Positions 1 through 8,294 of a DNA stretch of 64,000 bases are shown piece after piece. Source of the DNA: an uncultured Holophagales bacterium (lineage in GTDB: Bacteria; Acidobacteriota; Thermoanaerobaculia; Multivoradales; UBA5704); contig CAWJGT010000001.1 in assembly GCA_963842525.1 (NCBI GenBank), positions 1 to 64,000 of the forward strand, in the 5' to 3' direction. Under the pieces are notes generated by a model. That model ran no database searches and had not been told where the DNA came from. It was given only the letters and a program-made list of their open reading frames with translations. Position 1 is the stretch's first letter, and each line of letters starts with the position of its first letter. The translations under genes and the position numbers were made by a program.

Positions 1-255
1 CGGGATCCGGGGACTGCAGCCCGTCCGGCTCGATCCCGTGGCCGAGGATGGGATCCGAGGACTGCAGGCCGTTCGGGTCGATCCCGTGGCCCGAAAGCCC
101 GAAGACACTCCGGAGCAGGCTCCGGATCTCTCCCGCCACCGCCGGGAAGACCGGGCTAGCCTGCGGCAGGCGATCGCCGGCCGCGAGGGCAAACGGAGGG
201 GCCGCGACCGCCACAAGGAGGAGGCGAGCGACGGCGCGGACCAGGGATGGCGCAT
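1..255 (-). CDS. Secreted repeat-core peptide, copy 1 (apparent -1 frameshift near 245; runs off the window start)
   Basis: Homologous to 668-955; GGG vs GGGG after the start; encodes ...GHGIDPNGLQSSDPILGHGIEPDGLQSPDP. Confidence 0.55.
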   Translation of the reverse strand, partial: MRHPWSAPSLASSLWRSRPLRLPSRPAIACRRLARSSRRWRERSGACSGVSSGFRATGSTRTACSPRIPSSATGSSRTGCSPRIP

Positions 256-559
256 GATCAGTCCCTTTCCGGGCGCGGCGATCGCGGCGGTTCCGTCCAA
301 GGGGGACCTCGGGGCCGGCCCTACAAGGAAAAGTGCGGTGGATGCCGGATTGCCGGCCACCTCGGGATCTGATGGGGGGCGGGGAGGGGCATATCACCGC
401 GTAGAAGGCACCCGGGATAAGTCGTCCCCGCAGGGCGGATGAAACAGAGATGCGTCGAGATCGGTCAGTTTTTTTCCGCCGAGACCGCGGGCGCTTATCT
501 GACGATCTTCGACGGCTAAGCAGCCCAGGAGTTGCTTTTATCGCCCTCCGCTGGTCGCG

Positions 560-588
560 TTGACTCCCTGGAAGCGGAGGCGTATGCT
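560..588 (+). promoter_or_regulatory. sigma70 promoter TTGACT-N17-TATGCT (copy 1)
   Basis: Near-consensus -35/-10 with a 17-bp spacer. Confidence 0.7.
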
Positions 589-667
589 CTTCTAAGTTGA
601 GGGAGGACAGCACGTTAGGGCCGGCAGAACGAAGAGCGCCGATGTGCTTAGCCGGCGCGTAGAAGCC

Positions 668-955
668 CTAAAGGGCGTCGCTCCCCGTGGCGGTTATTCG
701 GTAATCCTGGACCCGCAGCCCGTCCGGCTCGATCCCGTGGCCGAGATCGGGATCCGAGGACTGCAGGCCGTTCGGGTCGATCCCGTGGCCCGAAAGCCCG
801 AAGACACTCCGGAGCAGGCTCCAGATCTCTCCCGCCACCGCCGGGAAGACCGGGCTAGCCTGCGGCAGGCGATCGCCGGCCGCGAGGGCAAACGGAGGGG
901 CCGCGACCGCCACAAGGAGGACGAGAGCGACGGCGCGGACCAGGGGATGGCGCAT
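668..955 (-). CDS. Small secreted peptide with repeated GHGI[DE]PxG cores, copy 2
   Basis: MRHPLVRAVALVLLVAVAAPPFALA signal peptide, amphipathic EIWSLLRSVF, then GLSGHGIDPNG and DLGHGIEPDG. Confidence 0.7.
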   Translation of the reverse strand: MRHPLVRAVALVLLVAVAAPPFALAAGDRLPQASPVFPAVAGEIWSLLRSVFGLSGHGIDPNGLQSSDPDLGHGIEPDGLRVQDYRITATGSDAL

Positions 956-1255
956 GATCAGTCCCTTTCCGGGCGCGGCGATCGCGGCGGTTCCGTCCAA
1001 GGGGGACCTCGGGGCCGGCCCTACAAGGAAGAGTGCGGTGGATGCCGGATTGCCGGCCACCTCGGGATCTGATGGGGGGCGGGGAGGGCATATCACCGCG
1101 TAGAAGGCACCCGGGATAAGTCGTCCCCGCAGGGCGGATGAAACAGAGATACATAGAGATGGGTCGTTTTTTCCGCCGAGACCGCGGGCGCTTATCTGAC
1201 GATCTTCGACGGCTAAGCAGCCCAGGGGGCGCCTTATCGCCCTCCGCTGGTCGCG

Positions 1256-1284
1256 TTGACTCCCTGGAAGCGGAGGCGTATGCT
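1256..1284 (+). promoter_or_regulatory. sigma70 promoter TTGACT-N17-TATGCT (copy 2), Pc-like promoter for the downstream cassettes
   Basis: Near-consensus promoter ~105 bp upstream of the cassette crossover GTT at 1389. Confidence 0.72.
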
Positions 1285-1389
1285 CTTCTAAGTTGAGGGA
1301 GGACAGCACGTTAGGGCCGGCAGAACGAAGAGCGCCGATGTGCTTAGCCGGCGCGTAGAAGCCCTAAAGGGCGTCGCTCCCCGTGGCGG

Positions 1390-2381
1390 TTATGCCGCAA
1401 GCACATCTCTAGTAAGACATGCGCTTTTCACAACGATTGGGACTGACACCCGTCCGTGCTGCCCTTCAAGGGCGATCTCTCGATTCGGGTACGCGAAACC
1501 GGCTCTGGAGCGTTCTTGCGCAATGCATTCCCGTGCCACCTCCAACGATGCCACTGAATAAAACTTGGATGGGCGCGTTGTACCGGGAGCTTGGGGCTGA
1601 CTTTTTCAAGGATCTTATGGATGAGTTTCCGAACACCGATCAGGAAATAAGACGGCAGCTGAAGAATCTGGTGCTCAACGCTGAGTGGTACGAGGTCTAT
1701 GACCTTATCGAATTTCTCGTCAACTCCCCCAACAACTCCAATCGCGAAAGCCTACGCGAGTCTGTGAATGCAGTACTGTCGCAGGAAATGGCAGGCTTCA
1801 GATTCGGCGAGGGTGTGCTCGTCGAGATCACCGATGAGAGAGAGATAGCGGCGATTGAAGACGCGCTCGCGCAATCGAGCCTCGATCGTTTCAATCCAGC
1901 CCGCTTTCACCTGTTGACGGCGTTAGAACTCCTATCGGACCGCCGAGCCCCTGATTACCGCAACTCAATCAAGGAATCTATTTCGGCCGTTGAGGCGATC
2001 GCGCAGATCCTGTCAGGTGATCCGCAGGCGGAACTTGGGAAGGCGTTGAAGTCGATGAAGACAGGGGTGCCAGTGCGCGGTGCCTTTCGATCAGCCCTTA
2101 TGTCTCTGTACGGCTACACGAGCGACGCGGAAGGCATCCGGCACGCACTCACGGACGAACCCAGCTTGGACGCGGCCGATGCGAAGTTCATGCTCGTCAT
2201 CTGCTCTGCGTTCGTGGTCTACCTGATTCAGAAGTCGGCAGCGCCTCGTCCGGCTTCCTGAAGCAATCGGCGAGCATTGTGGCGGTTACGGCATAACCAA
2301 TCGTTGCAGCTGACGAAGCCGCTCACCGTTCCAGCCGAGTCCATAGCTTCATCCCCGCGGCTTCGCAGCTGAACTCAAGCG
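1390..2381 (+). mobile_element. Integron gene cassette 1
   Basis: Starts G/TTATGCCG (1389-1397); the complementary CGGCATAAC (2289-2297) opens an attC; lower GC than flanks; single promoterless ORF. Confidence 0.8.
1419..2261 (+). CDS. AbiJ-NTD4-like domain protein, putative abortive-infection/anti-phage
   Basis: N-terminus MRFSQRLG...LDSGTRNRLW, WYEVYDLIEF; C-terminal DYRNSIKESISAVE...LYGYTSDAEGIRH with an RxxxxH-like region. Confidence 0.7.
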   Translation: MRFSQRLGLTPVRAALQGRSLDSGTRNRLWSVLAQCIPVPPPTMPLNKTWMGALYRELGADFFKDLMDEFPNTDQEIRRQLKNLVLNAEWYEVYDLIEFLVNSPNNSNRESLRESVNAVLSQEMAGFRFGEGVLVEITDEREIAAIEDALAQSSLDRFNPARFHLLTALELLSDRRAPDYRNSIKESISAVEAIAQILSGDPQAELGKALKSMKTGVPVRGAFRSALMSLYGYTSDAEGIRHALTDEPSLDAADAKFMLVICSAFVVYLIQKSAAPRPAS

Positions 2382-2386
2382 TAGGC
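2291..2386 (+). other. attC recombination site
   Basis: R'' GCATAAC; arm GTTGCAGCTGACGAAGCCGC (2303-2322) pairs with GCGGCTTCGCAGCTGAAC (2357-2374), leaving two unpaired bases (G2306, A2313); R' GTAGGC lacks one T of GTTAGGC. Confidence 0.85.
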
Positions 2387-2417
2387 GCCAGCAAGACCGA
2401 CACGGAGTTGAATCGGA

Positions 2418-3098
2418 ATGCCAGGAATCGGCCTGCTGAACGAGAAGGCGCTCCACGCATCACTGAAGCAGTGGTACGCATGCCCTGGAGATCGATTTGA
2501 GGTCACGGTCGGCGGTTTCGTAATCGATATTGTTCGAGCAGAACTGCTGATCGAGATTCAGACGGGCAGTTTCGCATCCATCAAATCGAAGCTCACTAAC
2601 CTGGTGCAATCACATCAGGTACGGTTGATCTATCCGATAGCCCAGGAGAAGTGGATAGTCCGGTCAGCGACAGATGATCTTCGTCGAGTCGTTCGCCGGC
2701 GGTCGCCCAAGAGAGGGCGGTTGGAGGACCTGTTCTGGGAATTGGTAAGTATCCCGCAGTTACTGTCGAACAGCAACTTCTCACTCGAAGTGTCGATGAT
2801 TAGGGAAGAAGAGGCGAGGCGCTACGAGGGGAAGCGGCAATGGCGCAGGCGAGGATGGGGTATTGAAGAACGTCGGTTGCTGGAGGTCGTGGACCGACGG
2901 TTGTTCAAGGACACGACGGATTGGCGAGGGCTTCTTCCCGAGGGCCTGGAGTCATTCATTACGGCAGATCTCGCCACGGCCACGGACACGGGAGCGGTCT
3001 TGGCACAGAAGATGGCGTATTGTCTACGAAACGCGAGAGTAATCGAGGTGAGAGGGCGGCGGGGACGCGCGAATCTGTATCGAGTGGCTGGCGCCTGA
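2418..3098 (+). CDS. Hypothetical PD-(D/E)xK nuclease-fold protein with a C-terminal wHTH-like region; cassette 2 ORF
   Basis: NEKALH...FVIDIV...LIEIQT motif; the stop overlaps GCTGGCGCCTGAC, complementary to the cassette start GT-AGGCGCCAGC. Confidence 0.6.
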   Translation: MPGIGLLNEKALHASLKQWYACPGDRFEVTVGGFVIDIVRAELLIEIQTGSFASIKSKLTNLVQSHQVRLIYPIAQEKWIVRSATDDLRRVVRRRSPKRGRLEDLFWELVSIPQLLSNSNFSLEVSMIREEEARRYEGKRQWRRRGWGIEERRLLEVVDRRLFKDTTDWRGLLPEGLESFITADLATATDTGAVLAQKMAYCLRNARVIEVRGRRGRANLYRVAGA

Positions 3099-3189
3099 CG
3101 TCGTTCCACCCGAACATCGCGTAGCGGTCGGCAACGGGATGATGCGGCCATTCCTGCTCGTGGGGACGATAGACAGGCCGGACACTGCC

Positions 3190-3815
3190 TTGGGGAGCTT
3201 GTATCGTCTTGGCGGAGCTCACGGCGTCTCCCGGGCAAGCTTGCGTTGCCTTGGCCGAGCTTGCGTTGCTTCAGCGGAGCTTGCGCCGTCTCGTCGCAAG
3301 CTTCTGACGCCTTGGCGGAGCTTGTGTCGTCTTGGTGGAGCTTGCCGCGTCTCCGGGCAAGCTTGCGTTACCTTGGCGGAGCTTGCGTTGCCTCAGCGGA
3401 GCTTGTGCCGGCTCGTCGCAAGCTTCTGGCGCCTTGGCGGAGCTTGTGTCGTCTTGGCGGAGCTTGCGGCGTCTCAGTGCAAGCTTACGTTGTCTTGGCG
3501 GAGCTTACGTTGCTTCAGCGGAGCTTACGCCGGCTCGTCGTAAGCTTACGCTGGCTCAGCGTAAGCTCCGCTGGCCCGATGTAAGCTCCGCTACGCCAGT
3601 GTAAGCTTACATCGGCTCGCCGTAAGCTCCGCCAGGCCGTTGCAAGCTCCGCTGGCTCGATGCCAGCTTACGCTGGCTCAGCGTAAGCTCCGCTGGCCCG
3701 ATGTAAGCTCCGCTACGCCGGTGTAAGCTTACATCGGCTCAGCGTAAGCTCCGCCAAGCCGTTGCAAGCTCCGCTGGCCCGATGCAAGCTCCGCCACGCC
3801 GATGTAAGCTTACGG
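3190..3815. repeat. Degenerate 21-bp tandem array arranged as two opposed arms
   Basis: GGCGGAGCTT cores every 21 bp up to ~3540, then complementary AAGCTCCGC cores; centre GTAAGCTTAC (3540-3549). Confidence 0.85.
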
Positions 3816-3915
3816 CGGCTCGCTCGAGGCTCACGACGCACACACCGTCTCGCGCGCCAGGACGACGCCGGTCGTCGCCACGCCGACGTGCCAATTTGCG
3901 CCAGCAGAACTAGAC

Positions 3916-4890
3916 TTGGGGGCTATGAATGAGCGGAACGAGATGCTCCTCGAGCTTTCGTCGCACCTAAAGTCTATGCGTCTCAAGCGCGGCTGGAGTG
4001 AGGCAGAGCTGGCGCGGAAAGCCGACCTGCCCGAGCAAACGATTCGGGAATACGAGGCCGATCCTTCAAAGCTCACGGAGGAGGTGGGCTGCCGGGCAAA
4101 TCACGCGCTGACGCGGTGCCGTGCACCCTGGCGTCCACCCACCCAAAGCGAGCAGCAGGCCAAGCTGCACCAGGTCGAGGCGGCTTTAAACATCGACCAG
4201 AAGGTCCTTCGGGAGGCGCTGAAGGTCGTTGATAAAGCCTTGACGCCTGATCTGAGCCCACAGTGGACTGGCCGCCTTCTTCTCACCAAGGCGGCGGTTC
4301 TCGGCGAATTGGGCCGAGAGGAGCGGGCCTTGGAAGCCCTGCAGCAGGCTGAGCTTTGCCTTGGTCTTGAGGAGAAGGAGCCGTCGATCTGGTTGCGCTT
4401 GCGGCTGGATCAGCTCTATTTTCTCTGCAACGCGGATCGCTTTAGCGAGGCTGACGCTCTGTTGGCTGAGGCCCGAGAGCTCGCGGCCGACGAAGGGAAC
4501 GCTGCCGAGCGGCTGGAGCTCTCTTGGCTGGAAGGGCGCATCTCCGCCGGGCTCGGCAGATTGGCTGAGGCTTTGGATACCCTCCAGCGTGTGCGGGCCG
4601 AGCATCTTGCCGCCGGTCATCTCTTTGAAGGCGTCAGCGCCACGCTCGACGCAGCGGCGGTGCTGGCTGCGCAGGGCGAGCTCGCGAGCGTTGAGGAGAT
4701 CGCTCGGGAGCTGGAGCCATTGGCGCAGAAAAAGAAGCTGGCGGATGTGTCCCGTTCGACTCTCAGGCTGTTCTGCAGGGTGGTGGGGCACGGCGGCTTG
4801 AGGCCTGAGACGGGACGGAGATTCGCGGCGGAATTTCGTAGGACCGACACTCGCTTGACACGCCCTTATCCGATTCCGGGTTGGGAGTGA
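3916..4890 (+). CDS. XRE-family HTH regulator with TPR-like C-terminal region
   Basis: LKSMRLKRGWSEAELARKADLPEQTIREYE; C-terminal WLEGRISAGLGR...EALDTL shared with the 43523 and 45550 paralogs. Confidence 0.75.
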   Translation: MGAMNERNEMLLELSSHLKSMRLKRGWSEAELARKADLPEQTIREYEADPSKLTEEVGCRANHALTRCRAPWRPPTQSEQQAKLHQVEAALNIDQKVLREALKVVDKALTPDLSPQWTGRLLLTKAAVLGELGREERALEALQQAELCLGLEEKEPSIWLRLRLDQLYFLCNADRFSEADALLAEARELAADEGNAAERLELSWLEGRISAGLGRLAEALDTLQRVRAEHLAAGHLFEGVSATLDAAAVLAAQGELASVEEIARELEPLAQKKKLADVSRSTLRLFCRVVGHGGLRPETGRRFAAEFRRTDTRLTRPYPIPGWE

Positions 4891-5007
4891 GCGACTCATT
4901 CCGGGCGACGCCGGCTTGGCTGTGCAGTTGCGCAAGGCCGGAACCTGTGATTGAAGCGTCTCCCAAACTGTAGGATGGTCCATTCGGAAGCCCAGGGTGT
5001 AGCCCTC

Positions 5008-5400
5008 TCAGGGAAGCTGCACGTCCGTCTCGACGCCGGGCGTGACGACGACGGAGGTTTCCCACGCCTGGCCGTCGGGGGCCGAGACCTTCACGGTCCA
5101 TGGGCCTGGCGGCAGACCGTCGACGGTTCCGCTCCCTCCGACGAGAGGCCATTCCTGGCGCAACACGCCGATCGCATCCAGGTCCTGGAAGGCCTGGCCG
5201 GCGGGATTGAGGAGGACCAGACGCGCTACGAGGTTGCGCTCGACCAGGGCCGGCACGCGGACGCGCAGCCGTCCCGCGACCGGCAGGACGACGCGTACGG
5301 GCGGCCCCGGCACGGTCGCCGGGACCCGTACCGCGACGAAGGGGGGCACGGAACCCGAAGTGCCAGTCCACTTCCCTATCTGCCGGCGATCAGGGTAGGC
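5008..5400 (-). pseudogene. Probable C-terminal fragment of a carboxypeptidase-regulatory-like (beta-sandwich) secreted protein
   Basis: VDGLPPGPWTVKVSAPDGQAWETSVVV; no credible start or signal peptide. Confidence 0.4.
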
Positions 5401-5413
5401 TCGGCGGATCGTG

Positions 5414-6142
5414 ATGGGCTCCGACGACGACCGCACCTACGGCGAAGTCTGCGCCGATGTCTATGACCAGTGGTTCGGCTCCTGCGAGGAGGCGGCCATC
5501 GATGCCCTGGCGGAGCTGGCCGGGTCCGGGCGCGTCCTGGAGCTCGGCATCGGCTCAGGTCTGATCGCTCTGCCCCTGGCGGCGCGGGGGATCGACCTGC
5601 ACGGCATCGACTCCTCGCCCGCCATGGTCGCCAAGCTGCGCGCCAAGCCTGGAGGCGATGCGATTCCCGTCACCATGGGGAATTTTGCCGATGTGGCGGT
5701 CGAAGGCGAGCTCTCGCTGATCTTCGTCGTCTACAACACCTTCTTTGCCCTCCAGACCCAGGACGAGCAGGTGCGCTGTTTTCAGAACGTAGCGGCGCGT
5801 CTGACCCCCGGCGGGGTGTTCGTTCTGGAGGCTTTCGTGCCGGACAGCGCCAACTTCAGAGAAGGGTTGAAGGTCACTGCGGTGACGGACGAGCGGATCC
5901 GCCTGAAAGCTTCGGAGCACGATCCTGTGCGCCAGCGGCTGAAGAGCCAGCACATCGTGATCCGGAATCAGGAGATCCGGCTCTTCCCGGTCGAGGTCCG
6001 CTACGCCTGGCCGGCTGAGCTCGACCTGATGGCGCGGATCGCCGGCCTCCGGCTCCGCCATCGATGGAGCAACTGGAATCGGGACGAGATCCGGGCGAAC
6101 AGCGAGAAACACATTTCCGTCTACGAACGGATCGGTTTCTGA
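5414..6142 (+). CDS. Class I SAM-dependent methyltransferase
   Basis: VLELGIGSG motif I, GIDSSPAM, LTPGGVFVLE. Confidence 0.9.
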   Translation: MGSDDDRTYGEVCADVYDQWFGSCEEAAIDALAELAGSGRVLELGIGSGLIALPLAARGIDLHGIDSSPAMVAKLRAKPGGDAIPVTMGNFADVAVEGELSLIFVVYNTFFALQTQDEQVRCFQNVAARLTPGGVFVLEAFVPDSANFREGLKVTAVTDERIRLKASEHDPVRQRLKSQHIVIRNQEIRLFPVEVRYAWPAELDLMARIAGLRLRHRWSNWNRDEIRANSEKHISVYERIGF

Positions 6143-6149
6143 AAGGCCC

Positions 6150-7259
6150 CTACTTCCAGCGGAAGATCTTGAGGGCGACGGCGAAGCTGACGACACCCCA
6201 GGCGGCGAGGATGGCGAGGCGGGGAGCGATCTCCACCAGGCCGGCGCCTTCGTTCATGACCGCGCGCAGCGCCTCGTTGAGCGCCGTCAGGGGCAGGACG
6301 CGGATCAGCGGCTGCATGGCGTCCGGAAACCTTTCCGAGGAGAAGAAGACCCCCGAGAGCAGCCACATCGGCAGCATCACGAAGTTGCCGAGGCCGCTCG
6401 CCCCTTCGATGGTGCGCACCCGGGAGCCGATCAGGAGCCCGAGGCCGCAGAAGGAGACGGCCCCCAGCACACAGACGGCGACGAGCAGGAGCAGCGAGCC
6501 CCGGATCGGCACGTCGAAGGCGAGCCAGCCGACGCCAACCAGGATCGCGATCTCGGGCGGCAGGAAGGTCAGCCGTCCCAGGATCTGCGACAGCAGATAG
6601 TCGCTGCGCCGCATCGGGGTGGCGATGAGGCGCTTGAGCAGGTTGCGGTTGCGCGACACCGTGATCGAGAAGGCGAGGCTCCAGATGCTGGCGCCCATGA
6701 GGTTCATTCCCAGCAGACCCGGGACCAGGAAGTCGATGTAGCGCGAGCCCTTCTCGGTGACGCGCTCGGCGCGCACCGGCAGCGGATCGGCGCGTCCGGC
6801 GGCGCGTTGCAGGACGTCGTCGGCTTCGAGCCGCGCGATGTGCGAATCAGGGCGGGTCTCGTCGAAGCGAAAGACGACCGGCGGGCCGGGCTCGACGAGC
6901 AGCGAGATCTTGCCGGTGCGCAGGGCCTCCCGGCCCTCCTGCGCCTCGTACAGCCGCGGCAACAGCACGGGCGAGCTCGCCAGGGCCGCCAGGATCTGCT
7001 CGGCGTTGGACTCTGGCGCGGCGACCACTCCGGCCGGGATGCGGTCGGGCGGCTTCTGGCGGAAGGCGAAGCCGAGCACGGCGGCGAGCAGCAACGGAAA
7101 GATGAAGACCCAGAAGACCGCCTCGGGCTCGCGCATGAACTCTCTGATGCGGCAGGCGGTCAGCTCTTTCAGGGCACGCAGCCTCACCCCCCTGGCCCCC
7201 CTCTCCCATCGCCCCCCCGCCGTCCGGGAGAGGGGGGAAGAAGATAGCGTCTCAGGCAT
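6150..7259 (-). CDS. ABC-2 type exporter permease
   Basis: YIDFLVPGLLGM, LKRLIATP, LSGVFF, LPLT; multiple TM helices. Confidence 0.9.
   Translation of the reverse strand: MPETLSSSPLSRTAGGRWERGARGVRLRALKELTACRIREFMREPEAVFWVFIFPLLLAAVLGFAFRQKPPDRIPAGVVAAPESNAEQILAALASSPVLLPRLYEAQEGREALRTGKISLLVEPGPPVVFRFDETRPDSHIARLEADDVLQRAAGRADPLPVRAERVTEKGSRYIDFLVPGLLGMNLMGASIWSLAFSITVSRNRNLLKRLIATPMRRSDYLLSQILGRLTFLPPEIAILVGVGWLAFDVPIRGSLLLLVAVCVLGAVSFCGLGLLIGSRVRTIEGASGLGNFVMLPMWLLSGVFFSSERFPDAMQPLIRVLPLTALNEALRAVMNEGAGLVEIAPRLAILAAWGVVSFAVALKIFRWK
7182..7239. repeat. REP-like palindromic element inside the permease 5' coding region
   Basis: CCTCACCCCCCTGGCCCCCCTCTCCC...GGGAGAGGGGGGAA; same family as 44969-45035. 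Confidence 0.65.
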
Positions 7260-8202
7260 CGCGCAGCTCCCGGCCGGTCAGGGACACGAACAGGTCCTCC
7301 AGGGTGGCGCGGTGCGTCGACAGATGCGCCAGGCGCGCGCCGGCCCGCTCGACCACGGCGAGCAGGGCGGGCACGCTGTCGGTGACCGAGGTGACGGCAA
7401 GCGCCCAGTTGGGACCACGGCGGTGAACGTCCGACACGCCGGGCAGGGTCAGCAGCTCCTCTTCGGAGAGCATGGGCTCGGAGAGGAATTCGATCACGTC
7501 GGCGGCGTGCAGCGAGCGGATCAGCTCGGCCGGCGTGCCGAGGGCGATGACGCGGCCGTGGTCGACGATCGCCACCCGGTCGCACAGGCGCTCGGCCTCG
7601 TCCATGTAGTGTGTGGTCAGCAGCACCGTGCCGCCGGTCTCGCGGAAGGCGGTGACCTGCTGCCAGAGCTGGAGGCGGCTCTGCGGATCGAGGCCGGTGG
7701 TCGGCTCGTCGAGGAACAGCATCTCGGGATCGCCTACCAGGGCGCAGGCCACGGCCAGGCGCTGCTTCTGCCCGCCCGAGAGCTTGCCGACACGGGCGTC
7801 GCGCTTCTCTTCCAGGGCGAGCGCAGCGATCACCTGCTCGGGGTCGCGCCCCTGGCGGTAAAAGGAGCGGAATAAGCGCAGCACCTCGGCGACGGTGAGC
7901 TTGTCGTTGAGCTGCGTCTCCTGGAGCGAGACGCCGAGCCGCTCGCGCAGGCCGTGGCCATCGCCGCGCCAGGTCTCCCCCAGCACCACGACCTCGCCCT
8001 CGTCCGGCTCGGTGAGGCCTTCGAGGATCTCGATGGTCGTGGTCTTGCCGGCGCCGTTCGGCCCGAGCAGGCCGAAGCACTCGCCGCGCCAGACCTCGAG
8101 GTCGAGCCCGGCGACGGCGGTGACGTCGCCATAGCGCTTGACCAGGCCGCGGCAGAGCACGGCGGTCGGGGTAGGCGCGGGGGTGGAGACGGCGGCGGAC
8201 AT
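7252..8202 (-). CDS. ABC transporter ATP-binding protein
   Basis: GPNGAGKTT, LSGGQKQR, LDEPT, TTHYM. Confidence 0.95.
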   Translation of the reverse strand: MSAAVSTPAPTPTAVLCRGLVKRYGDVTAVAGLDLEVWRGECFGLLGPNGAGKTTTIEILEGLTEPDEGEVVVLGETWRGDGHGLRERLGVSLQETQLNDKLTVAEVLRLFRSFYRQGRDPEQVIAALALEEKRDARVGKLSGGQKQRLAVACALVGDPEMLFLDEPTTGLDPQSRLQLWQQVTAFRETGGTVLLTTHYMDEAERLCDRVAIVDHGRVIALGTPAELIRSLHAADVIEFLSEPMLSEEELLTLPGVSDVHRRGPNWALAVTSVTDSVPALLAVVERAGARLAHLSTHRATLEDLFVSLTGRELRDA

Positions 8203-8294
8203 GGGGGAGGAAAAGTAGCACATCCGAAGAGGGGTGAGGTTCCCGTGCTATTCTCGCCGTCACATCTTTTCTCTACTGCCAGGAGGCGAGGTCC

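Larger units (their letters stand above)
16..1393. repeat. Tandem ~696-bp near-identical duplication (copy 1 ~16-697, copy 2 ~715-1393); each unit = peptide gene (-) + sigma70 promoter (+) + GTT attI-like junction
   Basis: The copies align almost base for base; identity ends just after CGTGGCGGTTAT (G693 and G1389). Confidence 0.95.

Noticed and set aside
3190-3815. CRISPR array
   Set aside because: Contiguous degenerate 21-mers with no unique spacers and no cas genes; the same applies to 34199-34436.
6150-8202. ABC exporter as the lasso transporter
   Set aside because: ABC-2 type, 7.5 kb from the cluster and separated by unrelated genes.
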